A stretch of 64,000 bases of DNA from an uncultured archaeon (GTDB taxonomy: Archaea > Thermoplasmatota > Thermoplasmata > Thermoplasmatales > Thermoplasmataceae). The notes beneath the pieces were generated by a model that was not told the origin of the DNA, made no database searches, and saw nothing but the letters and a program-made list of their open reading frames with translations. The position numbers and the translations under genes are program-made. The stretch is taken from assembly GCA_000965745.1 (NCBI GenBank), contig CP009479.1:480001-544000 (forward strand). The letters are read 5' to 3'. This document shows positions 38,532-49,197 of the stretch, piece after piece; within the stretch, counting starts at the first letter, position 1, and each line of letters opens with the position of its first letter.

Positions 38532-40364
38532 ATGGTCTCGGTGAAGAGGGTCCTGAGAAGACTTGCGTTTGCATACAAGATTGCAGCGTCCATTGTTGGG
38601 GCTGGGATCACTTTCTTTGCTTCAGACTACCTGATTGGGACAATAGCAGGATTCTTTGTCAAGGGGGACGTTGTCCTCTACGCCCCGGTTTTCCTCCTCT
38701 CCCTTTTTGCTGCCCTGATTACAGGAATAGAGCTTATATCATCACTGACCGGTTCAATAAAGGTCCGTTTTATACGGCCTGTAAGAAGGGCAGTAAGCAA
38801 GCCCATCCTTGGCTTCTTCAGCGTACTTTCCATAGGAATGGCCGCCACAATAGCTTCTCCCCTCTTTGTTCTTATCCCTGAGAACGTGATGCAGTTTGAG
38901 CTCATTTCCATTGCCTCGCTCATCATCTCCGCAACGCTCTCCACACTCATGGCACGGAATTACGGCACTCTTTACAAGTACTCCCATGAAAGAAATCTGG
39001 ATTCAGTGGGTGGCCCGTCTTTTGTGAGATCCGCCACAGGCCCCAAGAGCCTCAGGTACTTCCTCACCAGGCTTTCCCTTTGGCTTGCAAACACTGCTCT
39101 GGCCGCTTATTCAGCACTTCTTTTCAGCGATTTTGATTTCCAGATATTTCCGGGAGTGCTCAGCAGTTTTTCAATCGGGCCCATAACTGTCAACATCATT
39201 GTTGTTGTAGTGATTGCTCTCTTTGTATTCTGGTTCATAATAAACGCATTCTTCGAGAAGAAGTACACAAAGCTCATCGGGCTTGTGCAGGTCTTCCTTG
39301 TTGCCATTCTTGGTGTGATAATGATAAGCCAGACAATTCTGCTTGGAAGCAAGACTGGCTGGAATATGGCGCACCTGCTTCCGGTCCCGAAGAACTGGGC
39401 GTTTGACCTTATAATAAACGTTGGCTACGTGTATCTGCTTTTCTTCGGATTCCAGGAGATCCAGAGCGTTGAGAAGGAATCGATGCCTGAAGTGGAGATA
39501 AACCTGTTCAACTGGAAGAAGTTCAGGATAACAAAGGAAAACTACCTTCCGCTTACAATGGTGCTGGCCGTATCAGTTGGCTCCGCTATAGAGATATTCT
39601 ACGCAATAGCTGTGTTCTCAACGCATCCGAGCCAGCAGCTCATCGAGAAGGCTGCCATACCGGCAGTCACAATCTCCAGGCTGGTCCTGGGCAACGTGGG
39701 GGCCCTTACCATATCCATTGCATTCCTCATATCCACTGTCGGAACCTTTGTAACTGCTTTCGTCGCCTCGTCAAGGCACCTCAGGTCTCTGGGAGAGGAT
39801 GGCTTCCTGCCCCAGTCCATGAGTTCTGCGTCCTGGATTTTCAGCATACTCTTCATAGCGATCCTCTCGCTTGCAGGAGAGAATTTCCTTGTAAGCATAA
39901 TTGATTTTATGGCACTGATAAGCCTCTCAATCATTAACCTGTCACCCCTCTGGCTGAGAAAGGCGACCCTGACCACGCTCAAACGCTCGGATGGACTGCC
40001 GCTGTTCGTGGCGATGTTTTCCTTTGTTACCGCAATTGCTGAGTATTTCATCACCCCGTCGGTTGTGCTGTTCGGAGTGCTTGCGCTTGTTTTCGGGTAC
40101 CTGATATACGACCTGTTCCGGCTCGGCTCAATTGGGGTGCAGATCTTCACAATACTATTCGATCTGGTGTCTTTTCTGCTGTTATCCCTCATATCCACAA
40201 CGTCGTTCATACCTGAGACTCCGTATATTGCGCTTCCTGCATTCCTCACGACGCCCCACTTATTCCTGTTTCAGGCAGCCCTCATAATAGGGCCTGTGCT
40301 TATAGCCGAAAATCTGCTCATAGACATATTCATCCTTAAAAGAACAGGGCTTGTCAGCAAATGA
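38532..40364 (+). CDS. APC-superfamily permease with extra TM helices
   Basis: GGPSFV, FFGFQEI, ASSRHLRSLGEDGFLP APC-like motifs; more than 12 hydrophobic segments. Confidence 0.72.
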   Translation: MVSVKRVLRRLAFAYKIAASIVGAGITFFASDYLIGTIAGFFVKGDVVLYAPVFLLSLFAALITGIELISSLTGSIKVRFIRPVRRAVSKPILGFFSVLSIGMAATIASPLFVLIPENVMQFELISIASLIISATLSTLMARNYGTLYKYSHERNLDSVGGPSFVRSATGPKSLRYFLTRLSLWLANTALAAYSALLFSDFDFQIFPGVLSSFSIGPITVNIIVVVVIALFVFWFIINAFFEKKYTKLIGLVQVFLVAILGVIMISQTILLGSKTGWNMAHLLPVPKNWAFDLIINVGYVYLLFFGFQEIQSVEKESMPEVEINLFNWKKFRITKENYLPLTMVLAVSVGSAIEIFYAIAVFSTHPSQQLIEKAAIPAVTISRLVLGNVGALTISIAFLISTVGTFVTAFVASSRHLRSLGEDGFLPQSMSSASWIFSILFIAILSLAGENFLVSIIDFMALISLSIINLSPLWLRKATLTTLKRSDGLPLFVAMFSFVTAIAEYFITPSVVLFGVLALVFGYLIYDLFRLGSIGVQIFTILFDLVSFLLLSLISTTSFIPETPYIALPAFLTTPHLFLFQAALIIGPVLIAENLLIDIFILKRTGLVSK

Positions 40365-40369
40365 TCTGG

Positions 40370-41425
40370 TCATCCTGAATGAAGCAGGGCCTCCAGTTCT
40401 TCCTTGGAATTTATGGTTCCGGAAGAGGCTTTCCTGATCCTGTTCATTATTGCAAGCCCCACTCCCCTTTCTGGAAAGGACTGAATCAGCCCGAAAGCCT
40501 TTGGGGTGCGCTCAAGTTTCCTGAACGCAGTAAAAAGGTTCCTTGCAATCTCGTAGAGGTTCTCTTCACTGCCCAGCGAGATTCCATCGACCGAAAGGCC
40601 CTCGAATTTTTCACTGCTCATAATAAGCATAGCTTTTTCGCCGACAGCCCCCGTGGGAAAGGACTTGATCAGTCCAGCATCAGAAAGTATGTACAACTCC
40701 CTGTCGGGAGAGTAATGCCTGTACTTCATGCCTGGCGTGATCGCTATTTCCGATGCGGATATGCCCCTGGCAACATCGCTTACAACAATATTGTCAAAGT
40801 ACGGTTCCAGATCCGCATGATCAAATGCTCCCGGCCTGAGCAGCTCGACCGGCTTCTTCATAGTGTTGATTATTGTTGACTCTATGCCGAAGAATGTGGG
40901 CCCGGCGTCAAGAATCATGTCAACGAGCCCGTCAAGTTCAGCTATCGCGTCTGCGGAATCCACGATACTTGGTCTTGTTGCTATGTTGGCGGAAGGGGCC
41001 GCTATCGGTACGCCGGACATCTCTATAAGCTTCAGGGCCAGGGGGTTTGCCGGCATCCTGACTGCCACGGTATCAAGGCCTGCCGTTACGTTGTCAGGTA
41101 TTCTGCTGCTCCTCTTCATCAGGACCGTGAGAGGGCCGGGCCAAATGCTGTCGAGAGCTCTCATCACTTCCGGGTCCTGTTCCGATGTGCAATCAAGCAG
41201 CTGACGCCTGTTAGCTACGTGGACGATCAGCGGATTGTCTTCCGGCCTGTTCTTCGCCTTGAAAATCTTGCTGCATGCCTCTGCCGAGTAGGCGTTCGCA
41301 CCAAGCCCGTACACCGTTTCAGTCGGAAAAACAACTGTACCGCCGTTTTTGATCACGCCTGATGCTTCCTTGAGAACCCCGATATCCGGATCTACCTGGT
41401 CGACTTTGACTACCCTGGTCTTCAT
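40370..41425 (-). CDS. sua5: Threonylcarbamoyl-AMP synthase Sua5
   Basis: FPTETVYGLGA, KNRPEDNPLIVH, PSAN, PGMKYRHYSP, IMNRIRKA. Confidence 0.96.
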   Translation of the reverse strand: MKTRVVKVDQVDPDIGVLKEASGVIKNGGTVVFPTETVYGLGANAYSAEACSKIFKAKNRPEDNPLIVHVANRRQLLDCTSEQDPEVMRALDSIWPGPLTVLMKRSSRIPDNVTAGLDTVAVRMPANPLALKLIEMSGVPIAAPSANIATRPSIVDSADAIAELDGLVDMILDAGPTFFGIESTIINTMKKPVELLRPGAFDHADLEPYFDNIVVSDVARGISASEIAITPGMKYRHYSPDRELYILSDAGLIKSFPTGAVGEKAMLIMSSEKFEGLSVDGISLGSEENLYEIARNLFTAFRKLERTPKAFGLIQSFPERGVGLAIMNRIRKASSGTINSKEELEALLHSG

Positions 41426-41583
41426 GGAATTTTATGGCAATAGTGTCAAGCGGATTAACTGTTTTGTTTCCCCTGTCCAAGGGGCCCGGCTAATTTTCCC
41501 GGTCCCGAAAGTCTGTTTGCTGATCCCTATAACATCATAAGAAGAACATTATATTACAATCGGCTAATTCTGATACTGGTATT

Positions 41584-43968
41584 ATGGAATTCAAAAACTA
41601 TGACATCAAGATCAGCATTGACGATGTTAACAGGAAATTCACGGGAAGAGAGACTGTCCGCTTGAGTGCTTCGAATGAGGAGATTCTGCTCAACGCGGTG
41701 GACCTTGACATATACTTCATCAGGATAAACGGGAAGGATGTGGAATTCAAGGTCCTGAAAGATGAGGAGGAGATAAGGATCAGTGGAAAATTTGACGGTG
41801 ATCTTACCCTTGAGACGGAATTCAGCGGATCGATACAGGACATACTTATGGGGCTTTACTTTTCGCAGACCTCATCTGGTGATTTTTACACGACTCAGTT
41901 CGAGAGCACAGGGGCCAGGAGAGTGTTTCCGTGCATGGACAACCCTGGATATAAGGCCGAGTTCAGCCTGACACTTGCCATCAGCAAAGATCTGAATGCG
42001 ATTTCCAATATGCCGGTCGAATCCGAGAAGGCAGAAGGTGAGAGTAAGATCGTAGCATTCCAGAAGACGCCAAGAATGTCGACATATCTCCTGTATATTG
42101 GGGTTGGAAAACTGGATGAGAGAAGTGAGAAGTTCAATGATGTTGATCTCATCATAGCCGCCCCGAAGGGGCATCTCGGGGAGGTAGAGCTCCCGTTCCA
42201 GTTCGCGAAGGATTCTATCAGGCACTTTGAGGAGTATTTCGGGATCAAGTACGTGCTCCCCAAAATGCACCTGATTTCGGTGCCGGACTTTGGTGCAGGC
42301 GCGATGGAGAACTGGGGTGCAATAACCTTCAGGGAAGTTCTTCTGAACGTGAGTCCGAGCACCAGCGCACTGATCAAGAGAACAATAGCGGAAGTGATAT
42401 CCCACGAAATTGCACATCAGTGGTTTGGAAACCTTGTCACCATGAAATGGTGGAATGACCTCTGGCTGAATGAGAGCTTTGCCACTTTCATGGCATACAA
42501 GACAGTTGACCGGTTCCACAAGGACTGGGACATGTGGGGGCTTTTCCTGCTTTCTGAAACCTCGGGTGCATTGAGCGGTGATGCCCTGAAGGGGTCACAC
42601 CCGATCGATGTGGAAGTCAGGGATCCCAACTCCGTGGCCCAGATCTTCGATGAGATAAGCTACGGAAAGGGGGGAAGCATCCTCAGGATGATTGAATCCT
42701 TCGTGGGGGAGGACAATTTCAGGGACGGAATAAGGAAGTACCTCAAGGAACACCAGTTCGGGAATGCCGTTGGAAAGGACCTGTGGAGTTCAATAGCGTC
42801 TGTTTCTGACCAGCCGGTTGAGGAAATAATGGGTGCATGGGTAAAGAAACAGGGATATCCGGTGATTACTGCCACAAGAAATGGAGACAAGATACACCTC
42901 GAACAGAGGAGGTTCCTAATCAGCGGAGAACAGACGGAAGATCTCTGGCCGATTCCACTGACCGTAAAAAATGAGAGCGGCGTAAAAAGCGTCCTGTTCA
43001 AGGACAGGTCCATGGATATTGACGCAGAGGGCTTCATGAAACTTAATGCGGACCAGACAGGGTTCTACAGGGTAAACTATGGGGATGACCTGTTCAGCGC
43101 AGTCATGGGAAAGGGTGATAATCTCACAGGTCTTGATAAGTGGGGGCTTGCAAATGATCTCTATTCCTTCCTGAGTGCCGGAAGGATCAGCGTGGATGAT
43201 TATTTCGACAGGATAGCCGCGTTCCTTGAGGATGTGGATCCCATTGTAGCAGAATCAGTAGCCGGGCAGCTTCTCAGCCTGCACCTCATAATACCTGAAA
43301 ACAGGAGGCTCAAGGATATTGCCGACATGTTCTTCAGGAAACAGCTTGAGCGTATTGGCGAAAAGAAGGATGGCGAGAAGGACAGGATTTCCATTCTGCG
43401 AGGCACTCTTTCAAACGCCTACGCAGTCATAAACGAGGATTATGCGAAACAGCTGGCGCCACTGTTCAAGAAGTTCGAAGAAACAGACCCGGATTTGAGA
43501 AGCGCGATTTCAGCCTCTTTTGCGATCAGCAGCAATGAACTTGGAACACTTGCGGAGAAGCTCAAGGCAATGAAAAGCGATGAAGACCGCATAAAGATCA
43601 TAGGAGCCATGGGATGGCTCTCCGGGAAGAACAGGTATGACGGGGTGATGGAGCTCATAGAAAATAATACGATAAAAAAGCAGGATATGATCAGGTTCTT
43701 CATGTCTGCAGCCATGAACCCTGCCGGAAGAGATTTCATGCTTGAAAATTATGAAAAGATGGCTGATGAAATGAACAGGTACTTTGTCGGGACCGGCTAT
43801 ACCGGAATGATCATAGAGGCCACCCTGCCCTATCTCGGGCTCAGGAACTACAGCCTTACACGGGAAATAGCGGAGAAGGTCAGGCAGCCGGAAACCGAGA
43901 AGGGTGTGCAGAAGGGCCTTGAACTCCTGGAAGTCTATGCAAGGATCAGGAAAGGGTCCGGCCAGTAG
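41584..43968 (+). CDS. M1 aminopeptidase (tricorn protease-interacting factor F2/F3-like), copy 1
   Basis: GAMEN, HEIAH-X18-E (WLNESFA), SYGKG. Confidence 0.93.
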   Translation: MEFKNYDIKISIDDVNRKFTGRETVRLSASNEEILLNAVDLDIYFIRINGKDVEFKVLKDEEEIRISGKFDGDLTLETEFSGSIQDILMGLYFSQTSSGDFYTTQFESTGARRVFPCMDNPGYKAEFSLTLAISKDLNAISNMPVESEKAEGESKIVAFQKTPRMSTYLLYIGVGKLDERSEKFNDVDLIIAAPKGHLGEVELPFQFAKDSIRHFEEYFGIKYVLPKMHLISVPDFGAGAMENWGAITFREVLLNVSPSTSALIKRTIAEVISHEIAHQWFGNLVTMKWWNDLWLNESFATFMAYKTVDRFHKDWDMWGLFLLSETSGALSGDALKGSHPIDVEVRDPNSVAQIFDEISYGKGGSILRMIESFVGEDNFRDGIRKYLKEHQFGNAVGKDLWSSIASVSDQPVEEIMGAWVKKQGYPVITATRNGDKIHLEQRRFLISGEQTEDLWPIPLTVKNESGVKSVLFKDRSMDIDAEGFMKLNADQTGFYRVNYGDDLFSAVMGKGDNLTGLDKWGLANDLYSFLSAGRISVDDYFDRIAAFLEDVDPIVAESVAGQLLSLHLIIPENRRLKDIADMFFRKQLERIGEKKDGEKDRISILRGTLSNAYAVINEDYAKQLAPLFKKFEETDPDLRSAISASFAISSNELGTLAEKLKAMKSDEDRIKIIGAMGWLSGKNRYDGVMELIENNTIKKQDMIRFFMSAAMNPAGRDFMLENYEKMADEMNRYFVGTGYTGMIIEATLPYLGLRNYSLTREIAEKVRQPETEKGVQKGLELLEVYARIRKGSGQ

Positions 43969-44090
43969 CCCGGCTTCCGCTCCTTATTCCCTGATACCCC
44001 ATTTTCCCAATTAATCTGGCCTTGTTTGAAAGGTATTGACACTGCTGTTCTGGCCCTACGGCAAACGTAAAGTCAACTGATCTGCTTACA

Positions 44091-46475
44091 GTGATTATGC
44101 GTGTTGAGTCCTATCAGATTTTGTTGAAGATCGATGAAGAAGCTAACAAGTTTTCAGGCTCTGAAGAAATAACACTCAATGCCGATCCTGGAAAACTTGT
44201 TCTGGATTCGGTGGATCTTAACGTGGAAAAAGTAGAAGTTGACGGAAAGCCTGCAAAATTTTCTGCGGGAAAGGCAAGCCTTGCGGTGGAGAACATCCCT
44301 TCCGGGGACCATGTTGTCCACGTGGAGTTTGAAGGGACAATAGGGCAGAATCTCACAGGCCTTTACCTGGCAAAGACTGACGAGGGCGATATGTTCACGA
44401 CCCAGTTTGAATCAACAGGGGCACGGCGTGTCTTTCCATGCATCGACAACCCAGGGTATAAGGCAGAATTCGAGCTTTCGCTTGATATCGCGAAGGGCCT
44501 TGGCGCAATTTCTAACATGCCTCCCCTTGAGATTACAGAACAGGGCGGCAGGAAAACAGTTCGCTTCATGAGGACCCCGAGAATGTCAACGTACCTTCTT
44601 TACATAGGAGTTGGAGAGTTTGAGGAAAAGAGACTTGACTACAACGGCAAGGATGTTATACTTGCAGCCCCCAAAGGCCACCTCAGCCCGTCGGATTTCC
44701 CGCTGGAGGTCGCAGAGAAGTGCCTTAAGCTTTTCGAAGACTACTTCGGGATACATTACATGCTTCCGAAAATGCATCTTATTTCTGTTCCCGAATTTGC
44801 AGCCGGAGCGATGGAAAACTGGGGAGCCCTGACTTTCCGCGAAGTCCTGCTTTATGCTGACAATTCCACCGGTTCCCTCACGAAGAAGAGGATTGCTTCA
44901 GTAATAGCACATGAAATTGCACACCAGTGGTTCGGTGACCTGGTCACCATGAAATGGTGGAATGACCTCTGGCTGAATGAGAGCTTTGCCACTTTCATGG
45001 CATACAAGATGGTCAATGAAATCTACCCTGAAATGGATGCTTTCGGCGAGATGATAATGACCAGGACATCTGGTGCGCTCATGGACGATGCGCTTCTGAA
45101 TTCCCACCCGATCGACGTGGAGGTTGAAGACCCGAATTCGGTAGCTCAGATTTTTGACCAGATCAGTTACGGCAAGGGCGCGAGCGTACTAAGGATGATA
45201 GAAGCCTTTGTGGGGGAGGACAATTTCAGGGACGGAATAAGAGAATACCTGGAAGAAAACAAGTACTCCAACACCAGGGGAGCCGACCTTTGGTCTTCAA
45301 TTTCAAAGGTTTCCGGAATGCCAGTGTCCGAGATCATGGAAGCTTGGATCACAAAGCAGGGATATCCGGTTGTCCATGCGTCCAGAGAAAACGGAGAGAT
45401 AAGGCTGGAACAGCACAGGTTCCTTCTGGGCTCATCCGGTGACTCGATCTGGCCCGTTCCGCTCACGGTGAGAAGAGAAAGTTCCGTAGAGAGCACAGTA
45501 CTCGATAAGAAAACAGGCAGCATCCCGGCTGCAGGCTTCATAAAGGCAAACCATGAGAACACCGGATTTTACAGGGTGCAGTATTCAGACGACCTCATGC
45601 GCAACCTTATTGGAAACAGTGGCAAGCTCAGTTATCTCGACAAATGGGGCCTGGTGAATGATTACTATGCGTTTCTGCTCTCCGGGAGAATAGGGCTTGA
45701 TGATTACATTTCAATCTTGGGCTCCTTTGAGAATGAGGAGCACCATATAGTTGTGGAAGAAATAGCGTCCCAGCTTCTAAGACTTCACATGAAGGCACCG
45801 GACAACCGGACGGTGAAGGATACTGCGCTCAAGCTCCTGGGAGGCTTCCTCAAGGGAATCGGCGAAAAATCACCGGGAGAGGATATGAACACCTCCATAC
45901 TGAGAGGGTCGCTCAGCCAGAAGCTCGCGATATTGGATGGAAACTTTGCCTCAAAGCTTGCCGGGAAGTTTTCCGCCCTGGATACCGTAGACCCCGACAT
46001 GCGGAGTGCAGTAGTGCTCTCCTATGCAATATCGGAAAATAACTTCGACGGGCTGATTAACAGGCTTGGCAGTTCCAGAAAAGATGAGGAAAAGACGAGG
46101 ATCATCAGTGCGCTTGGCTGGCTCAGGGACAGCGACAGCCTTGAGAAGGCAAACATGATGGTTCTGGATGGAAGGATAAAAAGGCAGGATTCGATGAGCT
46201 TCTTTGCTTCGGTTGCAGCAGCACCCCATTCCAGGGACTTCAGCTTTGAGCACCTAGAGGAGTCCATAGAATTCCTTAAGAGGACTTTTTCAGGCAGCAG
46301 GAGGGCTTCAGCAGCGCTTGAAGGAATAGTCCCCCTGGTCGGAATGGGCAGAAAGAGTGAGATGGAAGAACTGCTTGAGAAGATAAGAGCGCCTGAGACC
46401 GAGAAGGGGATACTGAAAGGAAAAGAGCTTCTTGAGATAAATGAGTCATTCAGGGAGAAATACGGAGGTGCGTGA
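44091..46475 (+). CDS. M1 aminopeptidase (tricorn protease-interacting factor F2/F3-like), copy 2
   Basis: GAMEN, HEIAH-X18-E, SYGKG; same length as copy 1. Confidence 0.93.
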   Translation: MIMRVESYQILLKIDEEANKFSGSEEITLNADPGKLVLDSVDLNVEKVEVDGKPAKFSAGKASLAVENIPSGDHVVHVEFEGTIGQNLTGLYLAKTDEGDMFTTQFESTGARRVFPCIDNPGYKAEFELSLDIAKGLGAISNMPPLEITEQGGRKTVRFMRTPRMSTYLLYIGVGEFEEKRLDYNGKDVILAAPKGHLSPSDFPLEVAEKCLKLFEDYFGIHYMLPKMHLISVPEFAAGAMENWGALTFREVLLYADNSTGSLTKKRIASVIAHEIAHQWFGDLVTMKWWNDLWLNESFATFMAYKMVNEIYPEMDAFGEMIMTRTSGALMDDALLNSHPIDVEVEDPNSVAQIFDQISYGKGASVLRMIEAFVGEDNFRDGIREYLEENKYSNTRGADLWSSISKVSGMPVSEIMEAWITKQGYPVVHASRENGEIRLEQHRFLLGSSGDSIWPVPLTVRRESSVESTVLDKKTGSIPAAGFIKANHENTGFYRVQYSDDLMRNLIGNSGKLSYLDKWGLVNDYYAFLLSGRIGLDDYISILGSFENEEHHIVVEEIASQLLRLHMKAPDNRTVKDTALKLLGGFLKGIGEKSPGEDMNTSILRGSLSQKLAILDGNFASKLAGKFSALDTVDPDMRSAVVLSYAISENNFDGLINRLGSSRKDEEKTRIISALGWLRDSDSLEKANMMVLDGRIKRQDSMSFFASVAAAPHSRDFSFEHLEESIEFLKRTFSGSRRASAALEGIVPLVGMGRKSEMEELLEKIRAPETEKGILKGKELLEINESFREKYGGA

Positions 46476-46497
46476 ATGCACCCCCAAATGCCCAGAT

Positions 46498-47802
46498 TCA
46501 GAATGACCTGGTGATGTTAACATTCTCAACCAGTGCGTAGGGCATTATGGATGGCTCAATCTCGAGCCACCATTTAGTGTTCTTTGTTTCTCTCGACACT
46601 TTGGAAACGTTCCCGAGAATGTTCAAAACAGAGTCGCTTATCCTTATTCCTGACCATGACTCCTGGATCCGGCCGTCCTTTATTCTGAAAACACCGTCTC
46701 TTGGGACAGTAGAAAATACTCCGTTTCTATAGTCCTGGAACCTTGTGTACCATGTGTTGTTTATGAAAAGGCCGTCCTTTATCTCCGAGAGCATGTCCTC
46801 CATGCTTTCTGTCCCTTTCTCCAGTTTGAGCTGCCAGGGGACAGGGAAAAGGATCCCCGCATTCCCGGTCGATTCTGTTGAGTTCAGCTCTGCAGTGGAA
46901 TAAGAGTGGAGAAAGGTCTTCAGCCTGCCTTTCTTTATCAGTGTGTTCTTTCTGGTTGGAGTCCCCTCATCATCAACAGGCCTCACACCTTCGCCTGACC
47001 TGTCAGTTGGGTCGTCAACGAGTGTGACGTTCTCTGATGCAACATCTTCTCCGAGCCTGTTCATGAATGGACTCAGGCCTGTCCTGGCCATATGCGATGA
47101 CAGGAAACCTCCGCTGCAGGAAAGAATGTTGCCGAGAACGTATGGAGACATTAAAACGGTGAGCTTTCCCTCGTCACCCTGCCTGACATCCCTCCCCTTC
47201 CTTGCAGTCTCCGCCGCGCTTCTTCCCATCTCGCCGGGGTCAACTGCTGGCAAGGAGAGTCCGGGTCCGAAGTGAAAGCTTTCCTGCCCGCTGTATTCAC
47301 CAATGAAGGACCTTATTACTAGTTCAGTGCCGCCTCTATCATATACCAGATCATTGTACCCACTTCTGAGATGTATCCTGGAGAATCGCGAGTAAACAAC
47401 ACCAGCTGACCTTTCTGAACCAAATTCAACCGATCCGTCGATCATGCTCCGGGCGTATTCCATCACCTTTTCAGAGTCCAGAGGAGTAACCTCCTGGGCC
47501 CCAAGGCTCGCCTTCTCATGGTTGATCCCCATAAATTCTGGATTTTCAGGGACTTTTGAGCAGAGGCCTGCTATCTCCTCCACCAATTCATCTATCCTGC
47601 TGTAATCCTTTATGGCCGCGTTTGCAACACGCTTTCCACTGCTTGCAAACACTGATATTGTACTTTCGCCCCATGTGTTGAAGAGGTCCTTGGTGCTTTC
47701 TGAAAAACGAATCTGGTGTACCTGGCTGTCAGACTGTTCAACAACAACTTCATCCAGGCCCTTTCTCACCAGTTTGCTGTAAATTTCATCAGTATAGTCC
47801 AT
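46498..47802 (-). CDS. pmbA: TldE/PmbA family protein
   Basis: DDEGTP, STGNAG, GVFSTVPRDG; lacks HExxGH. Confidence 0.85.
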   Translation of the reverse strand: MDYTDEIYSKLVRKGLDEVVVEQSDSQVHQIRFSESTKDLFNTWGESTISVFASSGKRVANAAIKDYSRIDELVEEIAGLCSKVPENPEFMGINHEKASLGAQEVTPLDSEKVMEYARSMIDGSVEFGSERSAGVVYSRFSRIHLRSGYNDLVYDRGGTELVIRSFIGEYSGQESFHFGPGLSLPAVDPGEMGRSAAETARKGRDVRQGDEGKLTVLMSPYVLGNILSCSGGFLSSHMARTGLSPFMNRLGEDVASENVTLVDDPTDRSGEGVRPVDDEGTPTRKNTLIKKGRLKTFLHSYSTAELNSTESTGNAGILFPVPWQLKLEKGTESMEDMLSEIKDGLFINNTWYTRFQDYRNGVFSTVPRDGVFRIKDGRIQESWSGIRISDSVLNILGNVSKVSRETKNTKWWLEIEPSIMPYALVENVNITRSF

Positions 47803-47811
47803 TTTCCAGCC

Positions 47812-49197
47812 TCACTGTATGTAAAGACCCCTCAGTCTCATGTGCGGGCCACCCATCCATACATCAACACCCTGCTCCGGATCGCCTTTTCCGCAGGTTC
47901 CCGCGTTGAATTGCAGATCACTGCCTATTGCGTCAATGGAACTGTAGAAATTTATTGTGTTGGTCTCTATTATTGGTCTCTTTACCCTTCCGGTGAGATC
48001 CCCGTTTTCTATGAAGTATGCTTCCTTCCCGACGTACTTCTCGTTGAATCTGATATCATCAATGTTCCATTCAGTGAATGACTTAATGTATATGCCTCTC
48101 CTGATTCCGTCAAACAGTTCATCGAATTTATGGTCTCCAGGTTCGATGTATGTTGTACTCATTCTGGCAAGCGGCTCAAGGTTCCATGAGCCTGACCTTC
48201 CGCCTCCGTTTGATTCCACGCCAAGGCGTGCTGCACTCTCCCTGTTGAGTATATATTCATTCGTCAGGCCGTTCCTGTAGAGGTATCTCTTTCTGGCCGG
48301 GATACCTTCGTCATCATACTTGTAATACCCATAGCTCTTTGGCATGGTGGGATCGTCGACCACACTTACCATGTCCGATCCTATCCTGAAATGATCCGGC
48401 TTTCCTGCCAGGAATGATTCCCCTGCCTGAGCACCTTCCCTGCCCAGGATTCTGTCATATTCAGCAGGGTGCCCGCAGGACTCATGCGCAACTATACCTG
48501 AAATTTCAGGCCCGACTACCACGTCGAATTTTCCAGGATTTGGCCTTGGAGCTACCAGGCTTTCCCTCAGATCCCTGAGATCGTTGGATATCCTGTCTTC
48601 AAGATGCAGCCCATCTATAACCTCATATCCGCCCGTGCCGCCAAATTCCTCGGCGGACTGTTCAAATTCACCGCCCTCCATTACCCCTGCCAGGTAAAAA
48701 TATGACACCCTGGAGGTCTCGCCCTCTATTCTTGAGCCAGCGGAATTCTCATAAATCTGCCTTATCTTCTTGTCCCCGACCGCATTCATCCTCACCGCAG
48801 CGTCGAATGATTCCTGCAGCTTGTCCATGTCCTTCACGATCTCAATGCGATCATCTATGGGCACATCCTCAATTTTCCTTTTGCCTTCAACTTTCCAGGA
48901 ATCTCTGATTGCCTCCCCCTCGTATAAGCTGTTCTTTCCCGGGAAGTGAGAGTGCTTGAGGGCTTCGCCAATCAGCTCTTTTGCACGGTCCCAGTCCTCC
49001 GAATCCACATAGGCCATGCTGATTGACTCGTTCACAACCCTTACCGCGTAGCCTTCCTCCTTGACAGAAGCTGTTCCCTCGAAAATACCATTTCTGTAGG
49101 ATACACCCCTTGAATCCAGGGACATGAACCTTGCCTCTGCGTACCTTGAGTTCCGGGAAGCGTAGTCCAGGAGCTTGTCAAGGAGCTCGCCGCTCAT
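47812..49197 (-). CDS. tldD: TldD metalloprotease
   Basis: HESCGHPAE, YDDEG, RMSTTYIEPG, GTCGKG. Confidence 0.9.
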   Translation of the reverse strand: MSGELLDKLLDYASRNSRYAEARFMSLDSRGVSYRNGIFEGTASVKEEGYAVRVVNESISMAYVDSEDWDRAKELIGEALKHSHFPGKNSLYEGEAIRDSWKVEGKRKIEDVPIDDRIEIVKDMDKLQESFDAAVRMNAVGDKKIRQIYENSAGSRIEGETSRVSYFYLAGVMEGGEFEQSAEEFGGTGGYEVIDGLHLEDRISNDLRDLRESLVAPRPNPGKFDVVVGPEISGIVAHESCGHPAEYDRILGREGAQAGESFLAGKPDHFRIGSDMVSVVDDPTMPKSYGYYKYDDEGIPARKRYLYRNGLTNEYILNRESAARLGVESNGGGRSGSWNLEPLARMSTTYIEPGDHKFDELFDGIRRGIYIKSFTEWNIDDIRFNEKYVGKEAYFIENGDLTGRVKRPIIETNTINFYSSIDAIGSDLQFNAGTCGKGDPEQGVDVWMGGPHMRLRGLYIQ

